64,000 nt of DNA, from NCBI GenBank assembly GCA_964384235.1, contig CAYLJX010000001.1, positions 86,792 to 150,791 on the forward strand, read 5' to 3'. This stretch comes from an uncultured Bdellovibrionales bacterium. Lineage in GTDB: Bacteria > Patescibacteriota > Minisyncoccia > Moranbacterales > UBA1568. The position numbers and the translations under genes were made by a program. Numbering within the stretch: position 1 is the first letter of the stretch; each line of letters opens with the position of its first letter. Positions 45,024 through 54,952 of the stretch are shown piece by piece. The notes beneath the pieces were generated by a model that ran no database searches, had not been told where the DNA came from, and saw only the letters and a list, made by a program, of their open reading frames with translations.

Positions 45024-45728
45024 TCAAAAGTTGACCTTCTGAAACTTGATCCCGTCCGGCAGGAACTTGTTACGCAAGGCCTCGCTCAGATGTTCGCGGA
45101 TTTCTTCTTCCTTTTTGTCATAGGCTTCTCGGCTGGACCATGTCAGGCTGACGTCTGATCCCGAGAATTGCCGCCGCACCTCCTCGAGGAAGACTGTCCT
45201 GACTTCGGTGCATACGTCGTCATCTTTCCAGTACTTTGCGTAGGACTTGTAACCGTCCACTCGTTTGAGATGCACCGCCCATGGCCAAGGAGGACCCGAA
45301 AGTTCAAATCGTATCGTCCCGTTGATGTAGAAGTAATAGTTGCTGTTGCATTGCAGTTCGGGTGCCAATCGGGAGACTTTGTTGAACCCATAGATGAGAT
45401 CGATAGCCCCGAAAGGGAGCTCGCGAATCGTGCCATCGTCCAGGCGTGTCGCTGGCACCGTACCGAACATCGCCGGATACGTGATGAGCAGAGGGTGGAA
45501 GAGTCCGACAACGAAGAGAATGACGGTGATGGTCCCGCTGAGGATACCGAACATTTTCCTCTGGATGTCCGAGTACAGATAGTTTCTCTTTTCTTCGTCG
45601 AGTCCGTACTTCTTCGACTCGATTACACGGTCGATCTTGAACGCGAGTACACAGAAGCCGACAAAAACGACGAACCAGATGATGAAGAGGATGAATCCGG
45701 TAAGAGTGAATCCGGTAAGAGTGGACAT
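45024..45728 (-). CDS. Hypothetical membrane-anchored protein, possibly SPFH/band-7-like
   Basis: N-terminal TM with a 15-bp tandem duplication encoding FTLTGFTLTG. The C-terminal soluble domain has weak band-7 resemblance. A perfect sigma70 promoter (TTGACA-17-TATAAT) lies upstream at 45830-45858. Confidence 0.35.
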   Translation of the reverse strand: MSTLTGFTLTGFILFIIWFVVFVGFCVLAFKIDRVIESKKYGLDEEKRNYLYSDIQRKMFGILSGTITVILFVVGLFHPLLITYPAMFGTVPATRLDDGTIRELPFGAIDLIYGFNKVSRLAPELQCNSNYYFYINGTIRFELSGPPWPWAVHLKRVDGYKSYAKYWKDDDVCTEVRTVFLEEVRRQFSGSDVSLTWSSREAYDKKEEEIREHLSEALRNKFLPDGIKFQKVNF

Positions 45729-45829
45729 CGCTTATTTCCCCGGCTTGTTAGGCTTCGCGGCGGGCTCACAAGAAAGGTTGTTAAAGAAGGGCGTTCTTAG
45801 TCGTATAGGATCTGACTAATAAACCGTCC

Positions 45830-45858
45830 ATTATAGCTCTTTTTTGTCATTTTGTCAA
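45830..45858 (-). promoter_or_regulatory. Consensus sigma70 promoter on the minus strand (TTGACA - 17 bp - TATAAT)
   Basis: Minus-strand read 'TTGACAaaatgacaaaaaagagcTATAAT', about 100 nt upstream of the 45728 start. Confidence 0.6.
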
Positions 45859-45912
45859 CAAAAAAATCTCCACAAAGAAGGGAATTCCTTTGAAGAAAGC
45901 CTCTTTTTATTC

Positions 45913-47730
45913 TTAATGGATTTCGTACAAAGTGTTCACCGTCCTGGTTTCGATCTGTTCGGGGAGGCGGAGGGTTGAGGAGTCGGTGGCGGAGAGGAGT
46001 TCGAGGTGTTTGGTTGTGAAGGTGAATGTTCCTTTCATAGTCAAGCGGTCGCCGAAAGCTTCCACGTAGCGTGCCTCGCTTCCCTGTGGCACGAGGAGAT
46101 AGGTGTGTTCGAAGAGCGAGCGGTCGAGCTTGTCCAGATCGGCCGGGTTGAAGAAATAGACGGCGTTCCGGTGGAAGAGAGTTTGAGCTGGACCGGTGAG
46201 CATCGAGAAACCTGATCCCGTCGCGAAGCGGTCGACCAGGATGAGATCGCGCTCGGAAAAGTTCTTGGAAAATTGTTCGATCTGCGGGAGGAGATCACGG
46301 TTCTCGGAAAAGGAAATCGTGCGACTCCAGGCCGGCAGCTGCAGCAGGATGAGGCCGGCAAAGAGCAGGCTGACAAAGAAGGCTCGCTTGCCCCGTGGCC
46401 GCTCAAGGGGGTACGAGTGGTGCTTGGCAAAGAGAAGCGCGATACCGACGACCGCTCCGAAGAGGAAAAGAGGAAAGAGCGTGAAAAGGAATCGGCGGAG
46501 CATCCAGGGATGGTCGAGGGTGATGTTGGGTGAAAAGAGATAGAGGAGAGTCGGGAGGGCGATGAGGAGCGGAAGGAAGAGGGTGCGTTCCCGTTTCTTG
46601 GCGAAGACCAGATACCCGAACGTTCCGGCGACAAAGAGGATGAGAAATCCGTAGAGGAAGAAGAGCGACCCGAGCGTGAAGGTGTTGCCCGAGAGGAACG
46701 AGGCATTGGTCGTCACGACGTCGCTTCCGATGCCATGGACGAACTTGAGAAAGGCCTTGGCGATCATCTTGTAGTAGGGGACGTTGAGGAAAAAATCACG
46801 CAGGAGAAAGAAGCCATATACCGCTGCCGGGAGTACGAGGCTTTTGACAGGATAGGTTTTCCAGATGTTCCGGGCGTAGGGTGAGAAGAACAGGACGAGC
46901 GCTACGAGGGGAAGGAAGAGGAATCCCTCAAAACGGGTGAAGGTGAAGAGTCCTGCCGAGAGCAGGATGCCGGCGTAGGAGACGAATTTTCCTTCCCGGA
47001 GAAACAGGAAGACGTTGTAGAGGAGAAAGAGAAAAAGGAAGAGGCCGAGGTTTTCCGTCAGGGCGAACTTGGCGAACCACTCCGGAAGAAACGAGGTAAG
47101 CGCGACGAGGAGACCGGCGGAAGCGTACCAGGGACTGACGAAGAGCCGGAAGAGCTGGTAGAGCGTGAAAAGCGAGAGGAAGAGGAGAAGGGTGTTGCCG
47201 AGCGTGATGCCGCCGAGACCGAAGAGTGAGACGAAGCTCGCGAGGAATCCGGTATATCCCAAGGGAAACTGCGTGATGAGATCGCCGTCCGTGGTATAGG
47301 CGAAACCGGGGAAATTGAGCGCGGTACCGGAACCGTAGATTTGGAAGAATGCTTCGCTCCCCGCGGTAGAGAAGGCGAGTTGCCCGTGTTCGGAGAGTCG
47401 GAGAGCGGCTTCGGCGATGGAGCCTTGGTCGCGACCGGAGAAGACGGTAGGAGTGGAAAAGGAACCGACCAGGATAGCGTACGCGAGCGTGACGACAAGG
47501 GCGATCCGGACATCGGAAGGGGAATTCGCGAGGAGTTTCCAGAGGATGAAAAGCGCGACCCCGAAAAAGAGCGCCATGCCGACAAAGACGAGCGGAAAGA
47601 GGAAGAGGCTGCCGAGCGTGAGCGAGAGCGCGAACCATCCGAAGATGACAAAGACGAGCCCGAAGAGGACGAAGAGGATATCGGTTCTTTGTTCGAAGGG
47701 AAACCACCGCATATGGTCCCATTGTACCAC
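45913..47730 (-). CDS. GT-C fold membrane glycosyltransferase (ArnT/PMT-like, tentative)
   Basis: About 600 aa, more than 11 TM helices in the N-terminal ~430 aa, then a periplasmic C-terminal domain. General resemblance to 4-amino-arabinose / dolichyl-phosphate-mannose transferases. Confidence 0.45.
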   Translation of the reverse strand: MVQWDHMRWFPFEQRTDILFVLFGLVFVIFGWFALSLTLGSLFLFPLVFVGMALFFGVALFILWKLLANSPSDVRIALVVTLAYAILVGSFSTPTVFSGRDQGSIAEAALRLSEHGQLAFSTAGSEAFFQIYGSGTALNFPGFAYTTDGDLITQFPLGYTGFLASFVSLFGLGGITLGNTLLLFLSLFTLYQLFRLFVSPWYASAGLLVALTSFLPEWFAKFALTENLGLFLFLFLLYNVFLFLREGKFVSYAGILLSAGLFTFTRFEGFLFLPLVALVLFFSPYARNIWKTYPVKSLVLPAAVYGFFLLRDFFLNVPYYKMIAKAFLKFVHGIGSDVVTTNASFLSGNTFTLGSLFFLYGFLILFVAGTFGYLVFAKKRERTLFLPLLIALPTLLYLFSPNITLDHPWMLRRFLFTLFPLFLFGAVVGIALLFAKHHSYPLERPRGKRAFFVSLLFAGLILLQLPAWSRTISFSENRDLLPQIEQFSKNFSERDLILVDRFATGSGFSMLTGPAQTLFHRNAVYFFNPADLDKLDRSLFEHTYLLVPQGSEARYVEAFGDRLTMKGTFTFTTKHLELLSATDSSTLRLPEQIETRTVNTLYEIH

Positions 47731-47807
47731 AGAATCCGTTTGCTCTGGTGGTGAATCTTGTCTACAATGGAGGTGAAAGCCGGCCGGTTGGTCGGTGGTT
47801 TGTCTAT

Positions 47808-50264
47808 ATGATGAGCGAGAATTTTTTCCTTTGGTACTACACGGACGGGATGCGACAGGCGTTCATGCTTGTGAAAAATGCCGTGCGTTTCGTCATTTTC
47901 CGTTTCCATATCGTCCCGCTTCTCTTCACGCTTTTTTCACCGTGGAAGCGCGATATCGAGTTCCGGACATGGCGGGGACTGCACCCGCTCAAGTCCCTGA
48001 GTGCATTGTTCGGAAACTTCATCTCGCGTTTCTTGGGAATGATCGTCCGTCTCGGGGTGATCGCTTTCGGGACGGTCCTGCTGATCGCGACGTGCTGTAT
48101 CGCGGCCACTTTGTTTCTCGCGTACGCGCTCTCGCCGCTTTGTATCAGCATCGGCCTCATCTCGTTTTTCATCAATCCGATCCTGGGGTCCGGACTGCTT
48201 CTTTTCGGGGCGGTCGGATTTCTTATGGCACTCTTCGGGTTCGTCTCCCGGAAACAGACGGAACCACAGACGTACGATGTGACGATCCTCAAGGAGCGAC
48301 GGTGGTTCCAGCGGGTGCTTGCACGGCTCGGTATCGATCGGAAGACACTCGATGCATCGGTCTTGAAGGATACCGAGACTCTGGTGAAATATCTCGAGGG
48401 TCTGGGGATGTCCCGGACGCTCTTCGAACAGGTGGTCCGTATCGAGCGGGAAGCGTTCGAACGTCGCGACCACAAAGGACGCTTTTGGCTGTGGGAGAAT
48501 CTCGAGAAGTATCCGCCTATCGGCAAGGGGTGGGCTTTCGCTTATACTCCTCACTTGGATCGGTATGTGCTCGACCTTTCGGCGGGCGATCCGACGGAGT
48601 ACGGTCGGTACGAACTTGTCGGACGACAGGAGGAATTCCGCGTCGCCAAACTTATCCTGGAACGTCCGGTACAGAACAGTTTCCTCTTGGTCGGCGATCC
48701 GGGACTGGGCAAGAAGACGTTCGTCCATTACCTGGCACGGAAGATCCGGGAGAACGCCATGGCCGGCAGTGTGATCGGTGACGCGCGGGTTCTCCTCTTC
48801 GATCTCGGTCGGGCGGTCGGTGACGCGACGAGCCATGATGTCGATCCGGAACATTACCTCCGACCGCTTTTTCATGAGGCGGCCTACGCTGGAAACGTCA
48901 TCCTCGTCATCGATCAGATCGATCTCTTTCTCGGGGGAGATCCCGTTCATCCGAATCTCGCGCCGCTCTTCTCGGAATATCTGGCATTGCCGACGTTTAG
49001 GGTGATCGGGATGGCGACGACTGAGCGCTATCACGCTCTGGCCAAGACTGACGAACAAGCGCTTAAGTTTCTTGAGACGATCTATCTGCGCGAACCGGAG
49101 CCGGACGAAACGCTGGCGATCCTTCTGGATAACCATGAGCGACTCGAGCGGAAAAGGGTTGTTTTTACTCTTGCGGGGCTGCGATCGATCGTCGAGACGG
49201 CCGGCCGGTATGATTGGGAGGTGCCTTTTCCGGAACGCGCCCTCGACCTGGCTCAGGAAGTCCTCCTGTTTTTCCGTGAACGGCCGGAGCCCTTCGTGAC
49301 ACCGGAAACGGTGAATGCCTTCGTCTCGCTCAAGACGGGCGTGCCGACCGGAGCGATCGGCGGCGACGAGAAGGAAAAGCTCCTTCATCTCGAGGAGCTC
49401 CTGCACGAGCGTATCGTCGGACAGGAAGAGGCGGTGAAACAGGTGGCGGAAGCCATGCGCAAGGCACGAGCCGGCTTCGGGAACGACAAGAAGCCGCTCG
49501 GGAGTTTCTTGTTTCTTGGTCCGACCGGCGTCGGGAAGACCGAGACAGTGAAGGCCTTTGCGGAGAGCTATTTTGGTGACGAGGAGAAGATGATCCGGCT
49601 CGATATGAGCGAGTACCAGAACCCGGGCGCCGTGGAGCAACTCATCGGTTCCCGGGCGCTTGGGTTGCAGGGGACGCTCACTAGTGCCGCCAAGGAACAG
49701 CCGTTCTCGATCTTGCTGCTTGATGAACTCGAGAAGGCCTATCCTAAAGCGCTTGACCTCTTCTTGCAGATCCTGGATGAGGGGTTCGTGACGGACGCCT
49801 TTGGTGAGAGGGTGAGTTTCCGCAATATGATCATCGTCGCCACCTCCAACGCCGGGGCGCCGCTCATCCGGTCGCTCATCGCAGAGAAGGCACCGCTTGC
49901 GGACATGCGCAGACGGGTACTCCAGGAGATCGTGGACAAGAATCTTTTTCGGTTGGAATTCCTCAATCGTTTTGATGGTGTGATCTTCTTCGCGCCGCTT
50001 CAGGAGAATGAACTGAAACAGGTGACAGAACACCAGTTGGAACGGTTCGCCGAGCGTCTGAAAAAGGAAAAGAACATCACGCTCCGGTTCGCGCCCGGCG
50101 TGGTGGACGCGGTGGTGACGCACGGGTATGAGCCGGAGTTCGGGGCCCGTTCCGTCTTCCGGTATATCGAGGATACGATCGAGGACGCGGTCGTCAAGAA
50201 AATCATTGCCGGCGAGATCGCGTCGGGAGGCGAGCTTCTTATTTCCACTGACGAGTTCAATTGA
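47808..50264 (+). CDS. Membrane-anchored two-domain Clp/Hsp100-like AAA+ ATPase (N-terminal 4-TM segment; degenerate D1 Walker B; canonical D2). Alternative GTG start at 47748.
   Basis: TM helices at about residues 20-160. D1 'LLVGDPGLGKKTFVHYLARKI' with 'VILVIDQIDLF'. D2 'HERIVGQEEAVKQVAEAMRKARAGF...GSFLFLGPTGVGKTE', 'ILLLDELEKAYPKALDLFLQILDEGFVTDAFGERVSFRNMIIVATSN'. Confidence 0.7.
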   Translation: MMSENFFLWYYTDGMRQAFMLVKNAVRFVIFRFHIVPLLFTLFSPWKRDIEFRTWRGLHPLKSLSALFGNFISRFLGMIVRLGVIAFGTVLLIATCCIAATLFLAYALSPLCISIGLISFFINPILGSGLLLFGAVGFLMALFGFVSRKQTEPQTYDVTILKERRWFQRVLARLGIDRKTLDASVLKDTETLVKYLEGLGMSRTLFEQVVRIEREAFERRDHKGRFWLWENLEKYPPIGKGWAFAYTPHLDRYVLDLSAGDPTEYGRYELVGRQEEFRVAKLILERPVQNSFLLVGDPGLGKKTFVHYLARKIRENAMAGSVIGDARVLLFDLGRAVGDATSHDVDPEHYLRPLFHEAAYAGNVILVIDQIDLFLGGDPVHPNLAPLFSEYLALPTFRVIGMATTERYHALAKTDEQALKFLETIYLREPEPDETLAILLDNHERLERKRVVFTLAGLRSIVETAGRYDWEVPFPERALDLAQEVLLFFRERPEPFVTPETVNAFVSLKTGVPTGAIGGDEKEKLLHLEELLHERIVGQEEAVKQVAEAMRKARAGFGNDKKPLGSFLFLGPTGVGKTETVKAFAESYFGDEEKMIRLDMSEYQNPGAVEQLIGSRALGLQGTLTSAAKEQPFSILLLDELEKAYPKALDLFLQILDEGFVTDAFGERVSFRNMIIVATSNAGAPLIRSLIAEKAPLADMRRRVLQEIVDKNLFRLEFLNRFDGVIFFAPLQENELKQVTEHQLERFAERLKKEKNITLRFAPGVVDAVVTHGYEPEFGARSVFRYIEDTIEDAVVKKIIAGEIASGGELLISTDEFN

Positions 50265-50309
50265 CGGAGAAGTTACTTCTCTTCTTTTTCTACTCACTAC
50301 TCACTGTTT

Positions 50310-51485
50310 ATGAAGATTTTGGTCATCGCCCCGACTCCGTTCTTTTCCGATCGAGGGACGCATATCCGCATCCTCGAGGAAGCGCTCGCTCTGGAGCGTC
50401 TCGGTCACGAGGTCAAGATCGCGACGTACCATATCGGTTCCGATCTGCCGCAGTCCCTCGGGACGGACATCGAAGTGCGCCGCATCCGACGGCTTCTCTT
50501 CTGGTATCACAAGCTTTCCGCCGGACCGGACTGGCAGAAGATCATCCTCGACCTCCTGCTCATCAAGAAGACGTTTTTCCTCGCGCGTACCTGGAAACCT
50601 GACGTGATGCACGGGCATCTGCACGAGGGCGCGCTCATCGGATGGATCGTGCAGAAAGCCGTTTTTTGGAGAAGGATTCTGCTCCTCGCGGATTTCCATG
50701 GAAGCCTGACTCGTGAGATGGTCTCGCATGCGTATCTCCGGGCGACGGGCCTCAAGAGATTTTTTCAGATGGTCGAGCACTGGATCGATCGTCTGGGTGA
50801 ACGGGCCGTGGCGAGCTCGTGGATGAATGCGGAGGAGATCACTCGTGTCCGAAACCAGAAAGTGACACCGCTTCTTGATGGCGCACGATTGTTCGTCGTG
50901 GCCGATGCTAAGAGGAAACAGATGCTCCGGGAGCGGTATGACATCCCGACCGACAAGACAGTCGTGACATACACCGGTGCCTTCGTCGCGAACAAGGGCG
51001 TGAAGATGCTCGTCGAGGCCATTCCTTCAGCCCTCGAGAAGGATGCACGGTTGCATTTTGTTCTCGCCGGTTTTCCTCAAAACGAACTGGAACCGCTTCT
51101 TGCCGGGAAACCGTGGCGCAACCGTGTGACAGTCGTTTCTCCGCTTTCGTACTTCGCTTTGGGCGATGTGTTGGAGTTTTCCGATATCGGTGTCGATCCG
51201 AAACATGATGATACGGGACAGGCGAGCGGAAAAATGCTTAACTACATGGGGGCGGGGCTGCCGGTCGCGTGTTTCGATACCGTGAACAACCGCGAATACC
51301 TGGGCGAAGGAGGCGTCTATGCCCGTGAGACGACCCCTGAGGGACTGGCAACTGCGATCGTCGAGCTCGCTCAAAACGAAACGCTTCGCCGTGAGAAGGG
51401 TGCTATTGCCCGCGAGCGCGCTACGGATTTCAGTTGGGACAAGACGGGTATGGAGTTGGAAAAAATTTACAAGACGTTGGTATGA
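50310..51485 (+). CDS. GT4-family glycosyltransferase
   Basis: N-terminal 'MKILVIAPTPFFSDRGTHIRILEEALAL', C-terminal 'TYTGAFVANKGVKMLVEA...GAGLPVACFDT'. Confidence 0.8.
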   Translation: MKILVIAPTPFFSDRGTHIRILEEALALERLGHEVKIATYHIGSDLPQSLGTDIEVRRIRRLLFWYHKLSAGPDWQKIILDLLLIKKTFFLARTWKPDVMHGHLHEGALIGWIVQKAVFWRRILLLADFHGSLTREMVSHAYLRATGLKRFFQMVEHWIDRLGERAVASSWMNAEEITRVRNQKVTPLLDGARLFVVADAKRKQMLRERYDIPTDKTVVTYTGAFVANKGVKMLVEAIPSALEKDARLHFVLAGFPQNELEPLLAGKPWRNRVTVVSPLSYFALGDVLEFSDIGVDPKHDDTGQASGKMLNYMGAGLPVACFDTVNNREYLGEGGVYARETTPEGLATAIVELAQNETLRREKGAIARERATDFSWDKTGMELEKIYKTLV

Positions 51486-52708
51486 AATTGCTTCTTATCA
51501 AAATCGGCAAGGCGTGGCATACGCTCCGACGCGAAGGGTTGGTCCGGGGCGGCCGGCGTGTCCTGACCGCGTTTCTCGCGCTCTTCGGACGGGTGAAGCC
51601 GGGCGATATCCTCTTCATCACGGGCGGGGTGGGGGACAGCGCGCGGTATCGATGCCAGCACGTGGCGGAAGAACTCGAACAGCATGGTTTTCGGACGGCG
51701 GTGACGGTGCAGGATAATCCGTTCCTTGCTTCGTATGCCGATCGGTTTTCGATTTTTGTGTTCCATCGAGTTCTCTTTACGCCGAGTGTCGCCAAACTTG
51801 TCGGACGGATCAAGGAGAAACAGAAAACGATCATCTTCGAAACGGACGATCTCGTCTATGACAAGGCGTTCCTTCAGCATATGGACTACTTCAGGCAGAT
51901 GAATACGTTCGAGCGCAAGCTCTACGAGAACGGCGTGGGCGGGGAGATCTTGGCCGATCCGTACGTGGAGGTCTGCACGACATCGACGACGTACCTCGCG
52001 AACAAGCTGCGGGAGAAAGGCAAACGGGTGTATATCGTTCCGAACAAGCTTTCAAAAGAGGACGTTGCAAATGTTGAAAAGATCCTCTCTTCTTGTCATT
52101 CCGACCGTAGTGGAGGAATCTCGAGATCCCTCGGCGATGCTCGGGATGACACGGTAGTGCGCGTCAGCTATCTTTCCGGCACGCCGAGTCACAACAAGGA
52201 TTTCGCGACGATCACGGACGCGCTCGCGACGCTTTTGGAAAAGTATCCGAACCTCCGTCTGGTGCTGGCTGGGCCGCTCGATACCGATGATCGGTTGCAG
52301 CATTTCGCCTCACAGATCGAGCGCCTGCCCTACGTGCCGCGTCGGGAATACTTCGGAAATGTCGCCCGGATGGATATCAATGTCGCACCCCTTGAGATCG
52401 GCAATCCCTTTTGTGAGTCGAAGTCCGAGCTCAAGTTTTTCGAAGCAGGTATCTGCGGCGTGCCGACGGTGGCCGCGGCGACACAGACCTTTCGTGAGGC
52501 GATCCGGGACGGCGAGGACGGGTTCGTCGCGAGCAATACCGAAGAATGGCGAGACAAGATCGAACGATTGATCGTCGATGCTGATTTACGAAAGACAATG
52601 GGGCAGAGAGCCCGCGAAACAGCCTCTGAAAAATACACGACGACAAGCGCGAAGAACGAAGCATACTATGAATATCTAAGATCATCGGTTAACCGGCTAA
52701 AAAGTTAA
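51482..52708 (+). CDS. Glycosyltransferase (GT1/GT4-like C-terminal domain)
   Basis: 'LRLVLAGP', 'INVAPLEIGNPFCESKSELKFFEAGICGVPTVAAATQTFREAIRDGEDGFVA'. The start ATG overlaps the upstream stop (ATGA). Confidence 0.7.
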   Translation: MKLLLIKIGKAWHTLRREGLVRGGRRVLTAFLALFGRVKPGDILFITGGVGDSARYRCQHVAEELEQHGFRTAVTVQDNPFLASYADRFSIFVFHRVLFTPSVAKLVGRIKEKQKTIIFETDDLVYDKAFLQHMDYFRQMNTFERKLYENGVGGEILADPYVEVCTTSTTYLANKLREKGKRVYIVPNKLSKEDVANVEKILSSCHSDRSGGISRSLGDARDDTVVRVSYLSGTPSHNKDFATITDALATLLEKYPNLRLVLAGPLDTDDRLQHFASQIERLPYVPRREYFGNVARMDINVAPLEIGNPFCESKSELKFFEAGICGVPTVAAATQTFREAIRDGEDGFVASNTEEWRDKIERLIVDADLRKTMGQRARETASEKYTTTSAKNEAYYEYLRSSVNRLKS

Positions 52709-52721
52709 CAGGTTAACAGGT

Positions 52722-53117
52722 TTGAATATGAAGATCAACCGATTTGAAGATTTGAATGTATGGAAATCGAGTGTTGGTTTAACAAAGACGATTTATGATC
52801 TTACAGCAAAAGAAAAGTTCTCTAGAGATTTTGGTTTGCGAGATCAGATTCGGAGAGCAGTAGTCTCGATAAGTTCGAACATCGTAGAAGGATTTGAAAG
52901 AAGTAGTAATAATGAGTTTATACGATTTTTAAAAATAGCTAAGGGTTCGGCAGGAGAAGTAAGGAATCAACTTCATATTGCTTATGCGGTAGGATATATG
53001 ACGGAAAAGGAATTCGACGAGGTTTATGAGGAAGTTGAACTGTTGACGAAGCAAATTGGAGCATTCGTGAATTACTTGGAAAGCAAGAGGCTATCCGGAG
53101 AATTCGTAAGAAAATAA
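52722..53117 (+). CDS. Four-helix-bundle protein (23S-rRNA-intervening-sequence protein family), low-GC
   Basis: 131 aa 'FEDLNVWKSSVGLTKTIYDLT...VSISSNIVEGFER...AKGSAGEVRNQLHIA' matches the family signature. Flanked by GTTAAC-rich spacers. Confidence 0.65.
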   Translation: MNMKINRFEDLNVWKSSVGLTKTIYDLTAKEKFSRDFGLRDQIRRAVVSISSNIVEGFERSSNNEFIRFLKIAKGSAGEVRNQLHIAYAVGYMTEKEFDEVYEEVELLTKQIGAFVNYLESKRLSGEFVRK

Positions 53118-53163
53118 AAACCCGTTAGCCTTTTAACTTGTTAACTGATTAACTGAAAATTAT

Positions 53164-54120
53164 ATGAAGGTATTGATAACGGGAGGGGCGGGTTTTATCG
53201 GTACGGCCATCGCCAAGAAACTCATCGATCGCAAGGACAAAGTCGTACTCATCGACAATTTCAACGACTATTACGATCCGCAGTTGAAGCGGGACCGCAT
53301 CAAGAAATTCCTCAAAGGATACGAACATGGGTTCAAGCTGTACAAGGGTGATATCCGCGACCGGAAATTTCTCGACAAGGTCTTCACGACGGAGAAGCCG
53401 GACAAGGTGATCCATCTTGCGGCCATGGCCGGGGTGCGCTATTCCCTGACCAATCCGGCCCTCTATGCCGACGTCAACGTCATGGGAACGACCAACCTCC
53501 TCGACATGGCGGTGAAGTACAAGGTGAAGAACTTCGTCTATGCGTCCTCGTCCTCGGTCTATGGCAACAGCACCAAGGCGAAATTCTCCGAGACGGACAA
53601 CGTCGACCAGCCCATCTCGCCCTACGCCGCGACCAAGAAGGCGACGGAACTCATCGCGCACGTTTACAGCCATATCTACAAGCTTCCGACCACCGGCCTG
53701 CGGTTCTTTACGGTGTACGGTCCGTGGGGCCGCCCGGACATGGGCGTCTTCAAATTCATCGAGAACATCATCCGCGGCAAGGAGATCGAGCTCTTCAACC
53801 GCGGCAAGATGCGGCGAAACTTCACCTATATCGACGACATCGTCTCAGGAACGATCACGGTGCTTGATACGAATCTGTCATGTGATGTCATGAACATCGG
53901 CGGCGATCGGGACGTGGAACTCTCCGAGTACATCGAGGCCGTCGAGAAACATACCGGCAAGAAGGCCAAAAAGAAGATGATGCCGATGCAGGCCGGGGAC
54001 GTGGAACGCACGGTAGCCGACATCCGCAAGCTCCGCAAGCTCGGCTGGAAACCGACCACGCGCGTCGACGAAGGCGTCCGCCAGTTCGTCGCCTGGTACA
54101 AAGAATATTACAAAGTATAG
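53164..54120 (+). CDS. NAD-dependent sugar-nucleotide epimerase/dehydratase (UDP-glucuronate/UDP-glucose 4-epimerase-like SDR)
   Basis: 'MKVLITGGAGFIGTAIAKKL', 'YASSSSVYG', 'YAATKKATELIAHVYSHIYKLPTTGLRFFTVYGPWGRPDM'. Confidence 0.9.
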   Translation: MKVLITGGAGFIGTAIAKKLIDRKDKVVLIDNFNDYYDPQLKRDRIKKFLKGYEHGFKLYKGDIRDRKFLDKVFTTEKPDKVIHLAAMAGVRYSLTNPALYADVNVMGTTNLLDMAVKYKVKNFVYASSSSVYGNSTKAKFSETDNVDQPISPYAATKKATELIAHVYSHIYKLPTTGLRFFTVYGPWGRPDMGVFKFIENIIRGKEIELFNRGKMRRNFTYIDDIVSGTITVLDTNLSCDVMNIGGDRDVELSEYIEAVEKHTGKKAKKKMMPMQAGDVERTVADIRKLRKLGWKPTTRVDEGVRQFVAWYKEYYKV

Positions 54121-54161
54121 GCTTGACATCCTTTCGGGGGGGGGTGTTACCGTAAAACCAT

Positions 54162-54797
54162 ATGATTATGACCAAAAAAATCGTCATTTTAGCTGTGCTT
54201 ACGATCCTTCTCGTTGGAGGTGTTTTATGGTTTGTCATTGTCCGGGAAACGAAGGATGCATCGCCGATCGCACAAGATACTCCTTCATCTAAGGTTGTAC
54301 CTACAGATGATAGGCAGAACATTTTCGAAAAGTATCCTCAACATGTCGAGGTTATTCCTGGAACGGACGAAGCTTGGTACAACATTCCGGAGCTTGGTAT
54401 CCGTATGAAACTCAACAAAGAGTTTGCTGAAGGTTTGATTTATCAGTACATTCATGTAGTCACTAATGATTTGCAAGAAGAATGGGACGCTACGCATTTT
54501 TCGACGAAATCACTAACTGCCATTGATAAAGGATGTTCTCCAGAAGAAGGTAGGCCTTTAGGAACTATCACAAAGACAAAAGGTGATGTTAAGGAATTAG
54601 CAAAGACAGATGTATTCTATTCTTCAAGACTCGATGATATTATCCAGATTGGAGAATATTACTTTATGTGGACGGGCCCGCAAGCAACTTGTTGGGATCC
54701 TAAGAATGATGAAGCGGTACAAAAAGTACGTGGACCTGAGATTTATAAAGCTATTCAGGATGGTGTAAAAACTATCCAATTGATTCCATCAAAATAA
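54162..54797 (+). CDS. Hypothetical membrane-anchored protein, low-GC
   Basis: N-terminal TM 'IVILAVLTILLVGGVLWFVIV'; ~40% GC; no family recognised. Confidence 0.4.
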   Translation: MIMTKKIVILAVLTILLVGGVLWFVIVRETKDASPIAQDTPSSKVVPTDDRQNIFEKYPQHVEVIPGTDEAWYNIPELGIRMKLNKEFAEGLIYQYIHVVTNDLQEEWDATHFSTKSLTAIDKGCSPEEGRPLGTITKTKGDVKELAKTDVFYSSRLDDIIQIGEYYFMWTGPQATCWDPKNDEAVQKVRGPEIYKAIQDGVKTIQLIPSK

Positions 54798-54952
54798 AAG
54801 TTGTAGTTAGGAAATAAAACAAACGGAAAGGAGCTCATTTTTATCGGGGAACACCCTGAGCTAAGTGATTTCCAACCGTTTGTTTTTCTTAGGAAAGGAT
54901 AATCGGTCTGAGTTCGTTCACAAATCTATCAACTCTTTCGAAGGAATGCATC

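Noticed and set aside
45690-45728. 15-bp tandem duplication 'gaatccggtaagagt' x2 at the 5' end of the 45024-45728 gene
   Set aside because: It only duplicates 'FTLTG' in the signal/TM region. Noted, but of little consequence.
47937-50297. 786-aa minus-strand ORF
   Set aside because: Antisense to the Clp-like AAA+ gene, whose Walker motifs leave no doubt about the coding strand. Its composition is R/E/D-biased.
54798-54952. 10-bp inverted repeat 'aaacaaacgg ... ccgtttgttt' enclosing ~50 nt upstream of the CHAP gene
   Set aside because: A single occurrence with no similarity to other elements in the window. It could be a regulatory hairpin, but I cannot support a specific call.
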